Part shown: piece by piece, positions 59,253 through 64,000 of the stretch
How positions within the stretch are numbered: the stretch's first letter is position 1
How the letters are laid out: each line of letters opens with the position of its first letter
NCBI GenBank assembly: GCA_963847705.1
Contig: CAWKBC010000027.1
Location: 1-64,000, forward strand
Direction of reading: 5' to 3'
Source of the DNA: an uncultured Pseudomonadota bacterium
GTDB taxonomy: Bacteria; Myxococcota_A; Polyangia; Fen-1088
Length of the DNA stretch: 64,000 nt
Made by a program: the position numbers and the translations under genes
Notes under the pieces: model-generated
Database searches by the model: none
Told to the model about the DNA's origin: nothing
What the model saw: only the letters and a program-made list of their open reading frames with translations

Positions 59253-59320
59253 CGGCGCGAAGTGAGGCGAGACGAGCCTCGGCGGCGCGAAGTGAGGCGA
59301 GGCCAGCCTCGGCGGCGCGC
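59253..59320. repeat. Intergenic 30-bp tandem repeat (2 copies plus a partial) with internal hairpin
   Basis: CGGCGCGAAGTGAGGCGAG(AC/GC)(G/C)AGCCTCGG x2; each copy contains GAGGC-N7-GCCTC. Confidence 0.8.
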
Positions 59321-59322
59321 GC

Positions 59323-60369
59323 TCAGAAGAGTGCCAGGAGGAGGGCGATGAGCCCTCCCGCCAGCGACGTCCAGGCCAGCCCGGCGGCGAACCGGAGCTC
59401 GGCGGCGAAGGCCAGCGGGTTCCGGGTGGTGACGATCAGCGGCTGGTCGGCGCGCCCGACGAAGAGCGGAGAGACGCCACCGCGGTGAGCTCCACCGGCG
59501 TCGCGATCGGGGGCCAGGATGACCGGCCCGGCGACATGAACCTCGTCCCCCTCGCAGAGCGAGGTCTCGAGGTGCAGCGCCCAATCGGGCCCGGCGATCT
59601 CGTGGCAGTTGTCGCTGCGGATGAAGATGACCGGGCCGGCGAGATCGACGCGCGCCGCGCCGGTCGCGTCGGCGATCGTCACCTCGCCGCCGCCGTGCTC
59701 GTGGCGCCGCTCCGCCGGGCTCACCTCGACGGTGTGCCAGTAGACGCAGGGCGAACCCGACAGCGGGGCGCGCAGGTGATCGGGCGAGACGACGCGCGCA
59801 GCGACGTGGGCGAGGTCGTCCTCGCTGGTGCCGTCCACATGGCCCAGCTTGCTCACCGAGCGGATCCCGCTCGGCCACGGCTGCGACAGCAGCGGCGCCA
59901 GCCGTCGCCGCCGCCGGGCGATCCCCGCCAGCAGGCAGGCGCCCCCCAGCAGCCATCCGAGGGCGACCCAGGCGCCCGGGAAATTGACCATCCCGAGCGC
60001 GCGCGGGCCGAGCGCGATCTGTCCAATGGCGCCGAGCAGCCCCGCCGCGATCTGTCCGGCGGCGAGCAGGCCACAGGCCGCCTGTCCGATGCCCCAGCCA
60101 AGCCCGATCGCCGCCTGACCGACGCTGACCGCGCCCAGCGCGACCTGTCCGACGGCGATGATGCCAATGGCGATCTGACCGACCGCGATCACGCCCACGG
60201 CGGGTGGACGCCGGCCGGTCGTCGGGTCGATCCCGCGCACCACGTGCACCAGCGGCAACCGACCGATCCGCAGGCGTGACCGGTATTCGAAGCTCGCCGC
60301 CCCAGGCTGCTCCGTTGTCTTCGTCGCCGCCGTCGCCCCTGTCCGCGCCGTCCCTTCATGCGCAGCCAT
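59323..60369 (-). CDS. Membrane protein with Gly-rich hydrophobic repeats and GIDE-like domain
   Basis: YRS..GxLPLVH, repeated GxIAVGQ; APLSGSPCVYW..DATG..EGDEVHVAG. Confidence 0.6.
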   Translation of the reverse strand: MAAHEGTARTGATAATKTTEQPGAASFEYRSRLRIGRLPLVHVVRGIDPTTGRRPPAVGVIAVGQIAIGIIAVGQVALGAVSVGQAAIGLGWGIGQAACGLLAAGQIAAGLLGAIGQIALGPRALGMVNFPGAWVALGWLLGGACLLAGIARRRRRLAPLLSQPWPSGIRSVSKLGHVDGTSEDDLAHVAARVVSPDHLRAPLSGSPCVYWHTVEVSPAERRHEHGGGEVTIADATGAARVDLAGPVIFIRSDNCHEIAGPDWALHLETSLCEGDEVHVAGPVILAPDRDAGGAHRGGVSPLFVGRADQPLIVTTRNPLAFAAELRFAAGLAWTSLAGGLIALLLALF

Positions 60370-60432
60370 CAGTGAAGCCTACGTCTCGGCTCCGGCCCCT
60401 GCAACGTTCAGCTTTGCGTATAGTCTCGGTTC

Positions 60433-62425
60433 GTGAGGGCGCGCGCCTCTGGAACGGTCCCCATCGCGCCCGTCGGCGTGCCCGACCGCGGGCCCGACCC
60501 TGTGCCCGACCGCGTGCCCCTCCTGGTGACGGCCCTGATCGCGGTCGTGGCCGCGGCCGCAGGCGGTTGCGGCGCGTCGCGTCCGGCCGGCCGGGCCGTC
60601 GCCGCCGGCGCGCCGACCGTGGCGGTCCCGGCCCGGGTGCGCAGCAACATCTTGCGGGCGGACTACGCCGGCTCGGCGCGTTGCGCCAGCTGCCACGCGG
60701 AGATCACCGCGGCCTGGCAAGGCTCGCCGATGCACCTCATGACGCGGCGGCCGGAGGGGGCGCGCATCCGGGCGCCCTTCGACGGGACGACGTTTCGCTT
60801 CAAGGACGACAGCGCGCGCCTCACCGAGACGGACGGCGCGCGGTTCGTCGAGCTGGCGTCGCCAGCAGGGGGCCGTCACCTCTATCGCGTCACCCGCGTC
60901 ATCGGAGGCCGCTATCGGGAGGACTTCGCGGGGGTCGAGGTCGGCGCGGCCGCCGGCGCCACTGAGGGCGAGCGGGAGCTGCTCCTGCCGATCTCCTACG
61001 TCTTCGAGAGCAAGAGCTTCCGCCTCAAGGGCTACTCGGTTCTGGTGACGGAGCGGCCGGGGCTGCACGCGGGCGGCGTGTGGAATCAGACCTGTGTCTT
61101 CTGCCACAACACCGTCCCCTACTTCGACGATGTCTGGGGCGCGCTCTATGAGCAGGCGGGCACTCCTGGCCGCAGGGCGCCCGGCTACCAGGGGGAGGTG
61201 GTCGACAAGCTGCTGCCGCCCGACCGCCGGTTTCGGTTCGACATCGCAGGCGGAAGGGCGCTGGTGGCAGCGGTCGACGCCGAGGTGAGGGCGGTCGGCG
61301 GAGCGGGGGCGGCCGCCGAGACGCCGGCCCCCGAGGCGCTCGAGCAGGGGATTCACGAGCTGCGTACGCGCTTCGCGGCGCGCCACTTCGTCGAGCTCGG
61401 CATCGGCTGCGAGGCTTGCCACGGCGGCAGCCGGGAGCATGTCGACGAGCCACGCGTGCTCCCGGACTTCGCCCCGCGCAGCGCGTTTCTGCAGGCGCGC
61501 CCGGAGGTGGCGCGGGCCGACGGCGAGGTGACGCGCGCCGAACGGATCAACCGGGTGTGCGCCCGCTGCCACCAGGTGCTGTTCTCGCGCTACCCGTTCA
61601 CCTGGGAGGGGGGACAGCGGCGGGGCGAAAATCCGGGTGGGAGCTCGATCACCTCGGGCGAGGGGCGCGACCTGCTGCTCGGCGGCTGCGCGCGTCAGAT
61701 GTCCTGCGTGACCTGCCACGACCCGCACGGCGAGGATCGGCGCGCCGAGCTGGAACGGCTGGCCACACCGGCCGGCAACGGGGTCTGCGTCCGCTGCCAC
61801 GCGCAGTACGCCACGCCCGCCGCGCTGGCGAGCCACGCGCACCACGATCCGAACGGCGCCGGGGCCAGCTGCGTCGGGTGCCACATGCCGCGCAAGAACA
61901 TGGGTCTCGGCTACGCGCTGACCCGCTACCACCGGATCGGCCTCCCCGACGATCCGGTGCGCGTCGAGCGCGATCGTCCGCTCGAGTGCGCGCTCTGCCA
62001 CGCCGACAAGACCGTCGGTGAGCTGGTCGACCACCATGGAGGGGTGGTGGGGCCGCAAGTACGATCGGGCGGCGCTGGCGCTGCTCTACGGCGGCCTCGA
62101 CGTGAAGCCGCTCCCGGCGACGCTGGAGCGGGGCAGGGCGCACGAGCAGGCGGTGGCGCTGGCGACGCTGGGGGCGGCGCACCTGACGGCGGCGGCGCCG
62201 GCGGTCGCCCGGCAGCTGGTGAACCCCTTCCCGCTGGTGCGGTACTACGCCCGCCGCGCGCTGGAAGCGCTGCGCGGCCAGGACTGCGCCGTCGATCTCG
62301 ATCGGCCGACGCCGGAGATCGCGGCGGCGGTCCGAGCCTGCGTGCCGGAGGCGTTCGCGACCGGGCCGCCGGTGCCGACGGGCGCCGCACCTGCCCGGGG
62401 CGGCAACGACGTCGACGAGGATTGA
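60433..62425 (+). CDS. Octa-heme cytochrome c with C-terminal HEAT-like region, frameshifted near 62029
   Basis: Eight CxxCH motifs (CASCH, CVFCH, CEACH, CARCH, CVTCH, CVRCH, CVGCH, CALCH); continues in the +1 frame as TTMEGWWG...PLVRYYARRAL. Confidence 0.8.
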
Positions 62426-62445
62426 ACGCGCTACAATCGCGGACC

Positions 62446-63396
62446 GTGTCCGCCACCACCGCCAGGCCCCCGCTCGTTCTGCTCACCGGGTTTCTGGGGG
62501 CGGGCAAGACGACGATCCTGAACCGCGTGCTCGGCGCGCAGCACAGCCGGCGCGTCGGCGTGATCATCAACGAGCTCGGGCGCATCGACATCGACACCCG
62601 CCTCGTCAAGAGCCGCGCGGGCGACGTGATGGAGCTGGCGGGCGGCTGCGTCTGCCACGAGGTGCGCGTCCAGTCCGAGCTGTGGGCGGCGATCGCCGAG
62701 GTGGCCCGCCGCGCGAACCCGGAGGTGGTGGTGCTGGAGACGACCGGGATCGCCGAGCCCTGGTCGATCCTCGACGGGCTCGAGGGGCTCGGCGCCGCCG
62801 CCCCCGCGGTGGCGGCGGGCGTCGTCTGCGCCGTCGACGCGGAGGCCGGCGCGGGGCAGATCGCCCGGCACGAGGAGGCGCGCGCCCAGATCGAGGCGGC
62901 CGATCGAATTGTCCTCACCAAGCTGGACCTCGCCGCGCCCGAGGCGGTGGTGGCGCTGCACCGGGAGCTCGCCCGCCGCAACCCGGCCGCCGAGCGGGCC
63001 AGCTTTCCGGCGACCGACGAGGCGACCGCCGAGCTCTGCCCCTGGCTTCTCGACGTCCGGGCGGCGGCGCGGGCGCGGCCGGCGCACGGATCGCCGCACC
63101 AGCACCACCACGGCCAGCTCGCCGCCATCGCCTACAGCGACACGGCGGCGCTGCTGGGCGAGCCGCTGCTGGCGATGGTGGAACGCCTCGGTCCGGGGCT
63201 GGTTCGAGCGAAGGGGTTCGTCCACCTCGCCGGCGAGCCACGCCGCGGGTTTCTCGAGCGCGCCGGTCTTCACACCGAGCTGCGCCTGGGCGAGCCGTGG
63301 GGCGACGAGCGGCCAGCGACCGAGATTGTGCTCATCGGCGAGGGGCTCGACGCCGGCGCCATCCGCCGGCAGATCTGGGCCTGCCGCGCCAGGTAG
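62446..63396 (+). CDS. CobW/COG0523 G3E metallochaperone GTPase
   Basis: LTGFLGAGKTT, NELG, GGCVC, ETTGIAEP, TKLD, His-rich HQHHH, RAKG, VLIG. Confidence 0.9.
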   Translation: MSATTARPPLVLLTGFLGAGKTTILNRVLGAQHSRRVGVIINELGRIDIDTRLVKSRAGDVMELAGGCVCHEVRVQSELWAAIAEVARRANPEVVVLETTGIAEPWSILDGLEGLGAAAPAVAAGVVCAVDAEAGAGQIARHEEARAQIEAADRIVLTKLDLAAPEAVVALHRELARRNPAAERASFPATDEATAELCPWLLDVRAAARARPAHGSPHQHHHGQLAAIAYSDTAALLGEPLLAMVERLGPGLVRAKGFVHLAGEPRRGFLERAGLHTELRLGEPWGDERPATEIVLIGEGLDAGAIRRQIWACRAR

Positions 63397-63498
63397 GCGC
63401 AGGGGAACACCGACCGACCCGCGCGCCAGGTCGCGGTCGGGTCGCAGGTCCGCACACGCAAAATTCCCAACCTGGCGCGGCGCCGCTATCATGGCGTC

Positions 63499-64000
63499 AT
63501 GTCGGGCGCGCGTGATGGCCGGGCGCACGCCGCGTGCCTGTGGGTTGGCATCGTCTTCGTCGCCCTGTCGGCCGGGTGCGTGGTTCAGATGTATCCCGGC
63601 CCGAAGCTTCCGCGGGACGAAACGGCGCGTCTCGGGGTCGAGCATGCGTCGGTGACGAACATCGACGGGATGGATCTGCCCGTCGGCTCGGCGTTCATGT
63701 TGCGGTCGGGGATCCACACGCTGTCGGCCACCGCCGTGGACGCCTACGGCCACACGGTCGGACCGCTGACGTTCTGCTTCACCGCCCAGGGCGGAGCGAG
63801 CTACGTCCTGAGGTTCGGGGGAGAGGCCCACCGGGAGCCGGCGCTCATCGACGAAAGGACCGCCGGGGAGATTCGCACCCGTCCGCTCGCGCCCGGGGAG
63901 CGTTGCCTGCCGGCTGCTCCTCCCCGCCCGGTCGTCGTGAAGGTTCCGGAGCCGCCGCAGCCCGCGGCGCTGGCGGAGACGCCGACCCCGGCTGTCGCGG
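63499..64000 (+). CDS. Hypothetical lipoprotein, partial (runs off the window)
   Basis: My own translation: MSGARDGRAHAACLWVGIVFVALSAGCVVQMYPGPKLPRDETARL..IDG..SGIHTL; not in the ORF track. Confidence 0.65.
   Translation, partial: MSGARDGRAHAACLWVGIVFVALSAGCVVQMYPGPKLPRDETARLGVEHASVTNIDGMDLPVGSAFMLRSGIHTLSATAVDAYGHTVGPLTFCFTAQGGASYVLRFGGEAHREPALIDERTAGEIRTRPLAPGERCLPAAPPRPVVVKVPEPPQPAALAETPTPAVA

Noticed and set aside
59253-59320. CRISPR array
   Set aside because: The repeats are directly adjacent with no spacers, and there are no cas genes in the window
60433-63396. Novel multiheme cytochrome-CobW fusion (987 aa)
   Set aside because: The linker is out-of-frame junk. The cytochrome's real C-terminus is in the +1 frame (stop 62425), and cobW has its own -10 box and GTG

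Overview
A GC-rich bacterial chromosomal segment. Gene content and style suggest Myxococcota, probably Polyangia-like: Gly/Thr-linker lipoproteins, Pro-rich PEGA/TPR proteins, Cys-rich surface proteins and a split nuo cluster. It is mostly housekeeping: nuoABCD-G-HI, nadB, pgsA, a pabB/trpE-like gene, lgt-lspA-ileS, dCMP deaminase, type II topoisomerase A+B (probably Topo IV), deoxynucleoside kinase, panBC, and groES-groEL with CIRCE. The most notable accessory block is an ~11.3 kb PQQ-centred module lying between dnk and panB. It holds two tandem lipoprotein beta-propellers with quinoprotein-like active-site motifs, a di-heme cytochrome c lipoprotein, a YVTN propeller, an extended PqqA plus pqqBCDE, and an ABC-2 transporter. 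Outside the ORF track I find a probable 6S RNA (minus strand, ~916-1103) with its own promoter and terminator, a sigma54 promoter, and a recurring leaderless-promoter pattern (TANNNT 6-8 nt before the start codon). Four single-base frameshifts split genes or falsely fuse them and are most likely long-read errors. No tRNA, rRNA, CRISPR array or transposase was recognised. All product calls come from motif recognition, without database searches.
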